Source of the DNA: Candidatus Cloacimonadales bacterium
GTDB lineage: Bacteria > Cloacimonadota > Cloacimonadia > Cloacimonadales > JAIOQZ01
DNA: 64,000 nucleotides
Assembly (NCBI GenBank): GCA_963674825.1
Contig: OY771587.1
Coordinates: 352,001-416,000, forward strand
Reading direction: 5' to 3'
Shown here: piece by piece, positions 18,735-28,913 of the stretch
How the letters are laid out: every line of letters starts with the position of its first letter
Position numbering within the stretch: the stretch's first letter is position 1
Position numbers and translations under genes: made by a program
Notes under the pieces: generated by a model
What the model was told of the DNA's origin: nothing
Databases searched by the model: none
The model's input: only the letters and a program-made list of their open reading frames with translations

Positions 18735-20183
18735 ATGGAACGTACTTGCGGTATTTTACTGCATCCGACATCCCTCCCGTCACCGTACGGTATAGGCGAT
18801 TTCGGGACCAGCGCCTATAAATTCGTCGATTATCTCAAAGCTGCCGGACAGGATATCTGGCAGATCCTTCCGCTGACCTATCCCGGTTACGGTAATTCAC
18901 CCTACAACGCCATCTCGGCTTTTGCCGGCAATCCGGCCCTGATCGATCCCATTCAACTACTTCAAATGGGCCTGCTGGATCGAATGGAAGTGCTGCAAGT
19001 ACCGCAATTCAATCCCAACAAGGTCGACTACGGTCCTGTTATCGACTTCAAGAACGACCTCATGCGTAAGGCCTTCGAACGCTTTCAAAAGAAAGCCATT
19101 CCGGAAGACTTCAAGCAGTTCCTGAAAGAGAACGAATATTGGATCAACGATTTCACGCTCTTTATCACGCTCAAATACCACTTCCAGCACCTCCCGTGGA
19201 ATCAGTGGGATGAATCGTTCCATGATAACCGCTCCGGGGAGACGCAGGAACTGTATAAAACCATGCAAAAGGAGAGCGACTACCACGCGTTTGTGCAGTA
19301 TATCTTCTTTATGCAGTGGAACAAGCTGAAAAAATACGCAAATGACAATGGTATAAAGATTGTCGGCGACTTACCTATCTACGTATCCTACGACAGCGCA
19401 GATGTATGGAGTCATCGAGAGCTCTACCACCTGGATAAATTCGGCAGACCAGAGATCGTCGCCGGCGTTCCGCCAGACTACTTCTCCGAAACCGGTCAGC
19501 TCTGGGGAAATCCCATTTACGACTGGGAAGTGATGTTCAAAAACGGTTACAACTGGTGGATTCACCGCATGGGTCACCTGCACAAGATGGTGGATATCGT
19601 CCGTATCGATCACTTCATCGGCTTTGTGCGCTACTGGGCTGTACCCTTTGGCGAAAAGACAGCCATCAACGGTGAATGGCGAACCGGCCCCGGTAAGCTT
19701 TTCTTCCAGGCTCTGATGGATCGCTACCCCGACTACCCTATCATCGCGGAAGATCTCGGCGTGGTAACGGACGAAGTGATCGAACTACGTAACCAGTTCG
19801 GATTCCCCGGCATGCAAGTCTTGCAGTTCATGTTCGACGACATGCAGTGGGATTTCGAGGATAATACGGTCGTCTATACCGGCACGCACGATAATGACAC
19901 AACACGCGGTTGGTTCGAGAAGCTCGAGCAAGAAAACCCGAACCTGTATCACAAGGTCAGAGAGTACCTTGCAACCGACAACGACAGCATCGCACATGAT
20001 CTCATCGAATTCGCATATCAGACTAATGGGAACTATGTGATCATACCGCTGCAAGACGTGATGAACCTCGGAACAGACGCTCGCATGAACCTCCCCGGAA
20101 TGGCGGATGGAAACTGGGAATGGCGCTATCGTGAAGAAATGCTCAACATGGATGATGCCAACTGGCTGAAAAGCCTTCGATAA
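18735..20183 (+). CDS. malQ: 4-alpha-glucanotransferase (GH77)
   Basis: GILLHPTSLP, WQILPL, AGVPPDYFSETGQLWGNP, RIDHF, IAEDLG and YTGTHDNDT motifs. Confidence 0.96.
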   Translation: MERTCGILLHPTSLPSPYGIGDFGTSAYKFVDYLKAAGQDIWQILPLTYPGYGNSPYNAISAFAGNPALIDPIQLLQMGLLDRMEVLQVPQFNPNKVDYGPVIDFKNDLMRKAFERFQKKAIPEDFKQFLKENEYWINDFTLFITLKYHFQHLPWNQWDESFHDNRSGETQELYKTMQKESDYHAFVQYIFFMQWNKLKKYANDNGIKIVGDLPIYVSYDSADVWSHRELYHLDKFGRPEIVAGVPPDYFSETGQLWGNPIYDWEVMFKNGYNWWIHRMGHLHKMVDIVRIDHFIGFVRYWAVPFGEKTAINGEWRTGPGKLFFQALMDRYPDYPIIAEDLGVVTDEVIELRNQFGFPGMQVLQFMFDDMQWDFEDNTVVYTGTHDNDTTRGWFEKLEQENPNLYHKVREYLATDNDSIAHDLIEFAYQTNGNYVIIPLQDVMNLGTDARMNLPGMADGNWEWRYREEMLNMDDANWLKSLR

Positions 20184-20198
20184 ACAACATCTTTAGAT

Positions 20199-20234
20199 AA
20201 AAAACCGGTGGGAATTTGCTTTCTCACCGGTTTT
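20199..20234. terminator. Bidirectional terminator between malQ and the convergent kinase
   Basis: AAAAAACCGGTGGGAA-TTTGCT-TTCTCACCGGTTTT. Confidence 0.8.
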
Positions 20235-20260
20235 ATTATGCGCAATATTCTGGCAATTAT

Positions 20261-20439
20261 TTACTCATCCAGAGTCTCGCGTACTCGTGCAGATAACGAC
20301 TGCTCCTCTCAATGGAGCGCGGACGTCCTCGTCCGCATTCACTATCTCTACTCTTTTCACAGAAACGGACAATCTCGGTTGGTTGCCTGCAATCAATTAC
20401 TCATCCAGAGTCTCGCGTACTCGTGCAGATAACGACTGC
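20261..20439. repeat. 43-bp exact direct repeat (3' end of the kinase gene) flanking a REP-like hairpin
   Basis: TTACTCATCCAGAGTCTCGCGTACTCGTGCAGATAACGACTGC at 20261-20303 and 20397-20439; GGAGCGCGGACGTCCTCGTCCGCA at 20314-20337. Confidence 0.9.
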
Positions 20440-23400
20440 ACTGTGAAAGGTTTCTGGATATAGTGCAAGCCTGAATCGAGCACGCCGCGTTTGGCGATAA
20501 CATCATCTGTATAACCAGACATGAACAACACCCGGATATCCGGTTTGATCTCCAGCGCTTTCTCATACACTTGCCGGCCATTCATCTCAGGCATAACCAC
20601 ATCGCTCAGGAGCAAATCGATCTCCCCGTTCATCTCGATAAGTTTCTCGATCGCAATCTTGCCACTCTCCGCACTGATAACTTTGTAGCCATGATGAAGG
20701 AGAATCGATTCTGCAAGCTTAAGCACCTGCTCGTCATCTTCCACAAGGAGAATCGTCTCGACGCCGCCAAGAGAATGCGATGCATTCGCGGTTTCCTCCT
20801 GCATGGTCTCGAGCGCTTCTTTTGCAACCGGAAGACAGACCTTGAACGTTGTTCCTTCCTCCAAGACACTGCTTGCATAAATACATCCACCATGCTGCTT
20901 CACGATTCCGTAAACCGTGGCCAATCCGAGCCCGGTTCCCTTATGCTTGCTCTTGGTCGTGAAGAATGGCTCGAAAATCTGTTTCAATGTCTCTTCGTCC
21001 ATGCCGTGGCCAGTATCACGAACGCTCAGCATTACGTAGAAACCTGTTTTAATCGGTTCGTGATTTGTGATATACGTGTCGTCAAGATACACTCGATCGG
21101 TAGTGATAATCAGGTGTCCTCCATCGGGCATTGCATCTTGGGCGTTTACAGCAAGATTCATGATAACCTGCTCAAGTTGGCCTATATCGCCTTCAATGAC
21201 CAGTTGCTGTTGTCCAAGCTGGATATTCATGGTGATATCCTCACGGATCGACATGCGTAATAGTTGCTCGAAACGCTTCACGAGATTATTGATATCAACC
21301 AGCTCGAACCGAAGGGTTTGCTTGCGACTGAATGCTAGTAACTGACTGACGAGGTCTCTGGCGCGTGTAGCGGCATTTACGATCTGCCGGACCGACTCAC
21401 GGTTCATCTCTGATTGTAAGTTTTCCAGCATCAAGAGTTCACCATACCCCAGAACCGGAGTCAGCAAGTTGTTTAAATCATGGGCTACACCACCGGCAAG
21501 CCTACCGATCGATTCAAGCTTCATAGCCTGATAATATTGTTCCTGCAGTCTCTCGCGCTCTTTCTCGAGCTGTTTTCGCTCAGTTATATCCGTTGCAATA
21601 CCGCAAAGCGCAATCTTTTTACCGGTCTCATCATATACGATCTGGGTACGAGTATCCATGATCAATTCTTTACCGTCAGCACGGTAATTAACTACGATAC
21701 CTTCCCAGCTTCCATTCTTCAGCGTATCGTCATAGATCTCCTGCTGAGTCGCGCCCTGGTGTGCATTATCGCCATATTCTGAGACTTCTCGCCCGATGAA
21801 CTCATCACGCGGAACACCAAGCTGTCGAGCCTCCGCCTCGTTGACATAGGTGATAATTCCATCAAGGTCGGTTACCGTTACGCAGTCGCGTATCTGGCTG
21901 AGTACCAGCGCTTGCAGGCGAAGCTCGGCTTCGGCTCTTTTGCGATCCGTAATATCCATGATCGTAAACGTCTCGCCCATGGAAAGGTCGTCTGGATTGA
22001 GCGGGGCAATGCCAAGCAGGACATCCACAATCGATTTGTCTTTCTTGAGATAACGGGTCTCCACGGTTCCGATCCCAAACTGCCGGATCAGCTCTACACC
22101 CTTTCGGTATGTCTGCTGATACTCCTCTTCGGATGGATACAGGAATCGCGTGTTTTTCCCAACGATTTCACCGCGCGTATAGCCTGTAATTTCTTCAAAC
22201 CGGTCATTCACAGTTTGGATGATTCGCCCAGAGCTGATGCCAATGCCAACAGGCGCAGCACGGAAAATACTGCGCATACGGGCTTCGCTGTCCCGGAGAG
22301 CACCTTCGGTCTCTTTCTGCTCTCGGATATCCTGGAATACTTCGAGGATATGTTCTTTACCGTTTACTACAACACGCTTGGCGTTTTTAAGGATCGGATT
22401 AAACGATTGATCCTTGCACTTGATAAAGGTGTCCATCCCTTCGAATCCGGTTCTGTCCTCAGCCCATATCGGGCATTTCTTGGAAATGGATCCTTTCGGG
22501 CATATAATATCACAGAGTTGGCCAACAAGCTCTTCCCGCTTGTAGCCAGTAATCTCGCATGTCCTGCGATTCACATCGATAATATGATAATCCCGGTCGA
22601 TCAGCACCATGCCACCCGGAAGATTCATATGCAATGTGCGGAAAAGCTCTTCGCTTTCACGCAGAGCCTGCTCGGACTTCTTGCGGTCGCTGATATCGCG
22701 AATCACGCCAATTGATCCCGTACTATCGCCGTGCTGATAAAGCTTGCCCGTCAGTTCGCCCATGAAATAAGTGCCATCGCCACGTTTCATCTTTAGCTGG
22801 AGATCATCCGCGCTTTTTCCCGTCTGCATCGATTCGGAAAATGCAGCGATAGCTGAGTCGATATAATCATCGTGCAAGAATCTCATAAAGGGCTGACCGA
22901 TCATCTCTTCTGGCTTGAGCCGGAAGATCGTCATTGCTGATGGCGATACGTATTTGATAATACCCCGTTCACTTGTAAGGTAGATCATCTCGTTAATCTG
23001 TTCGGTGATTGACCTGAAACGATCCTCACTTTCTCGCAAAGCTGCTTCAGCCTTATTCTTCTCTGTCACATCCTGGAATAGGGCAACCATCTCGTCGGGA
23101 CCAGTTCGAAATGCGTTTATCGAATAAGTTGATTCGGCCAGGTTGTAGTTATATGTGAATTCATCCGAAGCATATAAATCACCTTCAGTAATAATGGATG
23201 TGTATTTATTCACGATCTCATTTATCTTGGCGGTTTGGAATGCATCAACAACCGGTAAGCCCTTGAGTTTTGAATGCTCGATTCCGGTTATCTTGTCAGC
23301 TGCCGGATTAGCACTCTCAAAGCGTAAGATCCCCTCTGAATCAAGCCGGTACATATGTATGCCAAACGGACTGCATTCCACAACACTGCGGAATTTCGCC

Positions 23401-25037
23401 TCGCTGATTTCGAGCGCTCTTTTCCGTTCGATATCATCCGTTACATCGCGTGCACTCGCGTACGCAACATTGATCGATAGATCCGGATGGGATACCCATT
23501 GCAGCACTCGATAAGATCCATCTTTACAGCGATAGCGGTTCTGGAAATCGATCACCTCGCGACCTTGAGTCAGTATTTCACCCGTAATGCGCCTCGTTTC
23601 CTCGACATCATCAGGATGTACGAAACTGAGGAATGGCTTGTCGATAAGCTCATCTTCGGTGTAACCAAGTACGCGAGTAAATGCGGGATTTACCTTCAGA
23701 TAATGCGTTGTTGAGATATCGACAACACAGATCATATCGAGCGACATATTGAAAACACGTGTCAGTTCTGTTTCCGTGCGTTTCTGGTGGGTGATGTTGC
23801 GAACAAATTCAGCTACCCCTTTTATCTCGCCACTCGCGCGATCGCGTATTGGATAGCTATGTAGTTCAAGCCATTCGAGCTCTGTTCCAGGCTTACCGCG
23901 AACAATGCTGCGCTCGGTTTGCCCTGTTGAAAGGCATTTACGGGTCGGGCAGTTTTCACAAGGTTGATTAAAATCATGAAGATTTTGGTTACACTTGTTT
24001 CCTTCCAACGGGAGCTTGTCTTTGAACCATTCGTTCATTACATTATTCACGCGAAGGACGTTCAGATCTTTATCAAGAACACTCACTCCATCGAGAATGC
24101 TATTGAAGAGTTCGGATAGGAAGGTTTCGTTTTCCTCGAGTTTCCTTCTGATGCGATACTCTTCAGACACATCCCTAAACACCATCACGATACCAGAAAT
24201 TTCACCGTTATCGTCGTGGATCGGTGAAGCCGAGTCGGCAATCTGATACTCTTTTCCGTCTCGTGATATTAGAAGCGTGTCATTGGCCAAACCAACAATC
24301 CGTCCGCTGTGCATTGCCTTTTCGATCGGATTCTCGGCAGCATTCCGTGTCCTTGAGTTGACGATGTTGAATACTTCTTTCACTTCCCGGCCAAGCGCAT
24401 CGTCCATCGTCCAGCCTGTAAGCGTTTCCGCAATCGGGTTCATGCGAACAACCCGGCCCTCTATGTCAGTCGCAATCACCGCGTCGCCAATCGAATCCAG
24501 CGTCGTTCGAAGCTTGCTTTCCTCTTCGCGGAGAGCTCTCTCAGCTTTCCTGGTATCGGAAACATCTTGCACCAGACACTCGATGACCCGGCTATGTTCA
24601 CCTTTCATCCAGGATGCGGTTAGTGCAACTTCCACACAGGAGCCATCACGATACCGAAAGCAAGTCCCCCAAGATTCAACACTGCCGTTCTGGTCCATTA
24701 TGTGGAAGAATTTTTGAGCATCTTCAGAATGCAAGAATAGCTCTTCCCTGGCATCCTTAAAGGCTTGGATATCGTCGGGAGAATCGTATCCACAGGTCAG
24801 AGCGAGTGCGGGATTGCAGATGATGATCTTTCCATCTTCATCAAATTGAATGATCCCGTAAAGCGCGTCCGTAAAGATGCGTTTATATCGATCCTTCTCT
24901 TTTTCCAGCTCATCGATTTTCTTCTTTAATTCAGGATAGTAACTCTTATGAGCGGAGAATTTGCCGAATCCCAGCAAACCCTCCAGCTCTTTTGTAGTTT
25001 TTTCGTTTTCGATATCTTTTTCGTTGCGTTTCCCCAT
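20397..25037 (-). CDS. Hybrid sensor histidine kinase/response regulator with nine PAS domains (ErcS/NahK-like N-terminus)
   Basis: N-terminal LLGFGKFSAHKSYYPEL; nine PAS/PAC repeats; H-box GVAHDLNN; DTGHGM and GTGLGL; receiver LLLSDVVMP. ATG at 25037 follows GAGGA; alternative GTG at 25052. Confidence 0.9.
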   Translation of the reverse strand: MGKRNEKDIENEKTTKELEGLLGFGKFSAHKSYYPELKKKIDELEKEKDRYKRIFTDALYGIIQFDEDGKIIICNPALALTCGYDSPDDIQAFKDAREELFLHSEDAQKFFHIMDQNGSVESWGTCFRYRDGSCVEVALTASWMKGEHSRVIECLVQDVSDTRKAERALREEESKLRTTLDSIGDAVIATDIEGRVVRMNPIAETLTGWTMDDALGREVKEVFNIVNSRTRNAAENPIEKAMHSGRIVGLANDTLLISRDGKEYQIADSASPIHDDNGEISGIVMVFRDVSEEYRIRRKLEENETFLSELFNSILDGVSVLDKDLNVLRVNNVMNEWFKDKLPLEGNKCNQNLHDFNQPCENCPTRKCLSTGQTERSIVRGKPGTELEWLELHSYPIRDRASGEIKGVAEFVRNITHQKRTETELTRVFNMSLDMICVVDISTTHYLKVNPAFTRVLGYTEDELIDKPFLSFVHPDDVEETRRITGEILTQGREVIDFQNRYRCKDGSYRVLQWVSHPDLSINVAYASARDVTDDIERKRALEISEAKFRSVVECSPFGIHMYRLDSEGILRFESANPAADKITGIEHSKLKGLPVVDAFQTAKINEIVNKYTSIITEGDLYASDEFTYNYNLAESTYSINAFRTGPDEMVALFQDVTEKNKAEAALRESEDRFRSITEQINEMIYLTSERGIIKYVSPSAMTIFRLKPEEMIGQPFMRFLHDDYIDSAIAAFSESMQTGKSADDLQLKMKRGDGTYFMGELTGKLYQHGDSTGSIGVIRDISDRKKSEQALRESEELFRTLHMNLPGGMVLIDRDYHIIDVNRRTCEITGYKREELVGQLCDIICPKGSISKKCPIWAEDRTGFEGMDTFIKCKDQSFNPILKNAKRVVVNGKEHILEVFQDIREQKETEGALRDSEARMRSIFRAAPVGIGISSGRIIQTVNDRFEEITGYTRGEIVGKNTRFLYPSEEEYQQTYRKGVELIRQFGIGTVETRYLKKDKSIVDVLLGIAPLNPDDLSMGETFTIMDITDRKRAEAELRLQALVLSQIRDCVTVTDLDGIITYVNEAEARQLGVPRDEFIGREVSEYGDNAHQGATQQEIYDDTLKNGSWEGIVVNYRADGKELIMDTRTQIVYDETGKKIALCGIATDITERKQLEKERERLQEQYYQAMKLESIGRLAGGVAHDLNNLLTPVLGYGELLMLENLQSEMNRESVRQIVNAATRARDLVSQLLAFSRKQTLRFELVDINNLVKRFEQLLRMSIREDITMNIQLGQQQLVIEGDIGQLEQVIMNLAVNAQDAMPDGGHLIITTDRVYLDDTYITNHEPIKTGFYVMLSVRDTGHGMDEETLKQIFEPFFTTKSKHKGTGLGLATVYGIVKQHGGCIYASSVLEEGTTFKVCLPVAKEALETMQEETANASHSLGGVETILLVEDDEQVLKLAESILLHHGYKVISAESGKIAIEKLIEMNGEIDLLLSDVVMPEMNGRQVYEKALEIKPDIRVLFMSGYTDDVIAKRGVLDSGLHYIQKPFTVQSLSARVRETLDE

Positions 25038-25057
25038 AAAATCCTCGTCCACAGCGC

Positions 25058-26221
25058 TTACAGCGCTTCGCGGAAAATCCTCTCTATATCTTTATCATTT
25101 GGTTTTCTTGGATTGGTTAGCATACAGGAATCTTTGAGCGCTTTCATTGCCAGCATAGGGATATCTTCTTCCGTTACTCCCCTTGCTCCAAGAGCGCCCT
25201 CGATTCCAACATCCCTTTTCAGCCATCTGACCCTGGAAAGCAGTGTCTGCTTGATTTCCTGACTGGTCATATCATTGGTTTCGATATCCATTGCCTGCGC
25301 TATCTTCCGGTAGCGTGCCTGGCGCTGCTGGTAGTTGAAATCAATCACATGATCGAGCAATAGAGCATTGCATTCACCATGAGGCAAATCGAGCAAACCG
25401 CCCAGACTGTGTGCCATCGCGTGAACGGCACCCAGGCCAGCATTCGAGAAGGCAAGTCCGGCCTTCATGCTAGCCAGCATCACTCGCTCTCGCAACGCCA
25501 TGTTATCATGATCGTGTATTAAGGCTGGAAGATGTTGCCAGATCAGCTTGATCGCATCCAAAGCGAAATTATCCGTCAATGGACCGCTCCCCATTGAAAC
25601 ATATGCTTCAATGGCATGTACCAGCGCATCGATACCAGTGCAGGCTGTAAGATAATTATTCATTGTCGTGGTTGTCTCTGGATCGACAAGTGCGATATCC
25701 GGCACGAGCGCTTTACTGACGATAGCTATCTTACGCTTTTCTTCCGCATTGGTGATGATCGTAAACTGAGATACGTCCGATGACGAGCCTGCCGTAGTTG
25801 GAATGAAAATCAGCGGAGGGACCGTGTTGGTAAGCTTATCTACACCCTCGAATTCGAGGATGTCTCTGCCATGGGAATAAACGATTCCAATTCCCTTGGC
25901 GCAGTCCATCGGGCTACCACCTCCGATCGCGACGATCAGGTTGCAGCCGCTTTTTTCCAGAACGGCAGCGCCATCCATGACCTGCATCGACCGGGGATTG
26001 GGATTTATATTCGAATATAGCTCATATTCAAGGTTTTCTTCTTTGAATTGCTCAAGTATTTCATCTACCCATCCTGCATCGATAACACCCTGATCTGTAA
26101 CCACGAGTATTTTCGACGCCATGAAAAGGTGTGCATATCGACTGACTAACTTCCTTGCGCCGACACCGAAAATTATCTCGGGTGCCACGAATTTTCTCAG
26201 GTGCAGCAGATCTGTCAGCAT
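25058..26221 (-). CDS. ercA: Iron-containing alcohol dehydrogenase-like regulatory protein (ErcA family)
   Basis: LRKFVAPEIIFG, GGGSPMDCAK, PTTAGS, DALVHAIE and HAMAHSLGG...HGECN motifs; directly upstream of an ErcS-like kinase. Confidence 0.82.
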   Translation of the reverse strand: MLTDLLHLRKFVAPEIIFGVGARKLVSRYAHLFMASKILVVTDQGVIDAGWVDEILEQFKEENLEYELYSNINPNPRSMQVMDGAAVLEKSGCNLIVAIGGGSPMDCAKGIGIVYSHGRDILEFEGVDKLTNTVPPLIFIPTTAGSSSDVSQFTIITNAEEKRKIAIVSKALVPDIALVDPETTTTMNNYLTACTGIDALVHAIEAYVSMGSGPLTDNFALDAIKLIWQHLPALIHDHDNMALRERVMLASMKAGLAFSNAGLGAVHAMAHSLGGLLDLPHGECNALLLDHVIDFNYQQRQARYRKIAQAMDIETNDMTSQEIKQTLLSRVRWLKRDVGIEGALGARGVTEEDIPMLAMKALKDSCMLTNPRKPNDKDIERIFREAL

Positions 26222-26555
26222 AGACTCTCCCTTCACCTCTTGGTGCTTTCCAGTTCTTCAATCTCAACAGGTATCCCTGTTACTGGGCTTTGACGTTGCA
26301 CAAACAAGCAGGACCGGCATCCTGCTATATACATGGATAATCTAATCAGTCTATCCGTAATCGCCACAGCTAACTTTGAATCACCACTAACGTGCTGTCA
26401 AACAATGCTTTCGTTTAGCGATACAGTAATGTTGTTCATTTAGTCACCGCATCAATAACCTGATTCACGTGCATTTTTCTTAATTCATTGGGATAATCTT
26501 CTTTACAAAAAATGGCCGGAAGGCCTATCCTGACAAAAACAGAAGGCGGTCAGCC

Positions 26556-28904
26556 ATGTTTCTTAACTACTTAAAAATTGCATTCCGCAATCTGTTCCAG
26601 CATAAGTTCTATACGATCGTTAATATCTTTGGCCTGGCTTTTGGGCTATCCATATCGATCATTATCGGAACCTGGATATGGCAAACCTTTAATCACGATA
26701 CGTTTCACGAAAATTACGATCGCATTTACAGAGTCTATGAATCCCAACACTACGAAGGCAGAGACGTCTTCTACACGACGGCGACACCCGGTCCTCTTGC
26801 GAAAACGCTGGAAGAAGATTTTCCTGAAATCGAAAAGGCGATAGCTGTCGCGAATATTTACCAGAAATATCCCGTCAGACAAGGCGATACAGTGTTTATG
26901 GAACGCAGTATAATCTGTGCTGACGAAGGACTCTTCGATATTTTTACGTTTAATTTCGTTGAAGGTAATCCCGAAACAGCTCTGCATGAACCCAAAACTG
27001 CGGTACTCACTCAATCTTCAGCCCGAAAATATTTCGGGGATCAAAATCCGCTTGGGAAAGCCCTCAACTTCAATAACGAAATTGAGATAAAGGTCGTCGG
27101 TGTAGTTGAGGACATGCCTGATAACGCAATGTATAACGTAGATATCATCTTGCCATTCGAGTCTGTTAAAGATTTGTCTCAGTCCATACTTGACGATTGG
27201 GCTTATAACTCATTCCAAACTTATGTCCTGCTCTCACCTGAAGCAGACCCGACCCAGGTTGAAAGCAAGATTACAGGCGTAATCAAGCAACATAATGAGA
27301 ATTCGGCATGCATGCTGCATCTGCTGCACATCAGTAGAATCGACCTTTATAATCTGGACGGCAGCGAATTGAAGATGCAATATATCCGCATTTTCGGTAT
27401 CATAGCGACCTTCATCATCCTGATCGCCTGCATCAACTTCATGAACCTCTCCACTGCAAGATCGACTCTGCGCGCAAGAGAAGTTGGACTCCGCAAAGTT
27501 GCTGGAGCTAAAAAAATACAACTGATCGGGCAATTCTATATTGAATCTTACCTTACAGTCGTCATCGCGCTCGTCTTCGCACTGGTATTGGCTTCCCTTT
27601 TCCTGTACCTGTTTAATCAGCGATCCGGCTTTACGATGGAGAGCCCGTATCATTACCCCTTATTCATTCCGGTTCTACTGCTGTTCACGCTGGTTGTCGG
27701 CGCACTATCCGGAATTTATCCGGCACTGGCGCTATCTTCTTTCAAGCCGGTCGTTACCCTGAAGGGATCACGGCTGCAATCCGGTAAATCGCTGCTACGC
27801 AAGCTACTGGTCGTGCTTCAATTTACCCTTTCCATAGGGCTGATCATTTCTACGCTGGTTATCTACAGACAGATCAGATTTTTGCAGCATAAAGACCTCG
27901 GATACGACAAAGAGAATGTTATCATCGCGGAACTCCCCAAAGGAGGCGCTGATTTAATTGATCTTCTTCGACAGAAGCTCGGCGAAGATCCTGGCGTTCA
28001 GGCTGTTTCCGCAGGAAGCGACACCCCATCCAACGTTGGATCGTCCACTTCCAGCGTCAATTGGGAGGGGAAACCGGAAAACGAAACCTTTCTCATCAAT
28101 ATCGCACTGTATGACTATGATTTCTTCAAGACATTCGGTATCAATATGGTTAGCGGCCGGGAGTTCGAACCCGGTCACGGCGAAGAAGTTTACGAATACG
28201 TTATCAATGAATCCATGGCAAAGCTGGTCGGATACGATCACCCTGTTGGAGAACGAATCGACCTATGGGGGATGGATGGGACGATCGTTGGTGTTTGCCG
28301 GGATTTCATATTCAATGGATTCCAATACAAAGTAGAGCCTGCTATTTTCATCAGGATTCCGCAATACTTCACACGTTGCTTTATCCGGCTTGCTCCTGGT
28401 GATCAGACCGCTACCATCGAACGAATCAAGAATGTCTGGAACGAGATCAGCCCCGATTTCCCGTTCGAGATGCAGTACTTTGATCAGCAGCTGAACTATT
28501 TCTTCCGTTCAACTGTCGCTATCGGTAAACTTTTCATGATCTTCACCATTATCGCAGTGGTGATTTCCTGCCTCGGGCTGTTCGGGCTGGCATCGTTCCT
28601 AACCGTTCAGCGCACAAAAGAAATCGGTATCCGCAAGACTCTCGGCGCATCGATCGGAAACGTTATCGTGCTGCTGGGTATGGACTTCATCAAATGGGTG
28701 ATTATCGGTAATGTGATCGCGATTCCACTGGCATGGCTCGCGATGCGCGGGTGGCTGTCGAATTATGCCTATCACACCGAATTGCACCCGTTGATCTTCA
28801 TCGCAGCAAGCTTGTTATCGTTAATGATTGCGGCCCTCACTGTAACCTGGCAGTCAGTTGCAGTTGCGCGTATGAATCCTGTGAAAACCTTGAAATACGA
28901 GTAG
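26556..28904 (+). CDS. ABC transporter permease, duplicated MacB/FtsX type
   Basis: NYLKIAFRNL, ACINFMNLSTARS..RAREVGLRK, QRTKEIGIRK and NPVKTLKYE motifs. Confidence 0.93.
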   Translation: MFLNYLKIAFRNLFQHKFYTIVNIFGLAFGLSISIIIGTWIWQTFNHDTFHENYDRIYRVYESQHYEGRDVFYTTATPGPLAKTLEEDFPEIEKAIAVANIYQKYPVRQGDTVFMERSIICADEGLFDIFTFNFVEGNPETALHEPKTAVLTQSSARKYFGDQNPLGKALNFNNEIEIKVVGVVEDMPDNAMYNVDIILPFESVKDLSQSILDDWAYNSFQTYVLLSPEADPTQVESKITGVIKQHNENSACMLHLLHISRIDLYNLDGSELKMQYIRIFGIIATFIILIACINFMNLSTARSTLRAREVGLRKVAGAKKIQLIGQFYIESYLTVVIALVFALVLASLFLYLFNQRSGFTMESPYHYPLFIPVLLLFTLVVGALSGIYPALALSSFKPVVTLKGSRLQSGKSLLRKLLVVLQFTLSIGLIISTLVIYRQIRFLQHKDLGYDKENVIIAELPKGGADLIDLLRQKLGEDPGVQAVSAGSDTPSNVGSSTSSVNWEGKPENETFLINIALYDYDFFKTFGINMVSGREFEPGHGEEVYEYVINESMAKLVGYDHPVGERIDLWGMDGTIVGVCRDFIFNGFQYKVEPAIFIRIPQYFTRCFIRLAPGDQTATIERIKNVWNEISPDFPFEMQYFDQQLNYFFRSTVAIGKLFMIFTIIAVVISCLGLFGLASFLTVQRTKEIGIRKTLGASIGNVIVLLGMDFIKWVIIGNVIAIPLAWLAMRGWLSNYAYHTELHPLIFIAASLLSLMIAALTVTWQSVAVARMNPVKTLKYE

Positions 28905-28913
28905 GAGCCGTCA

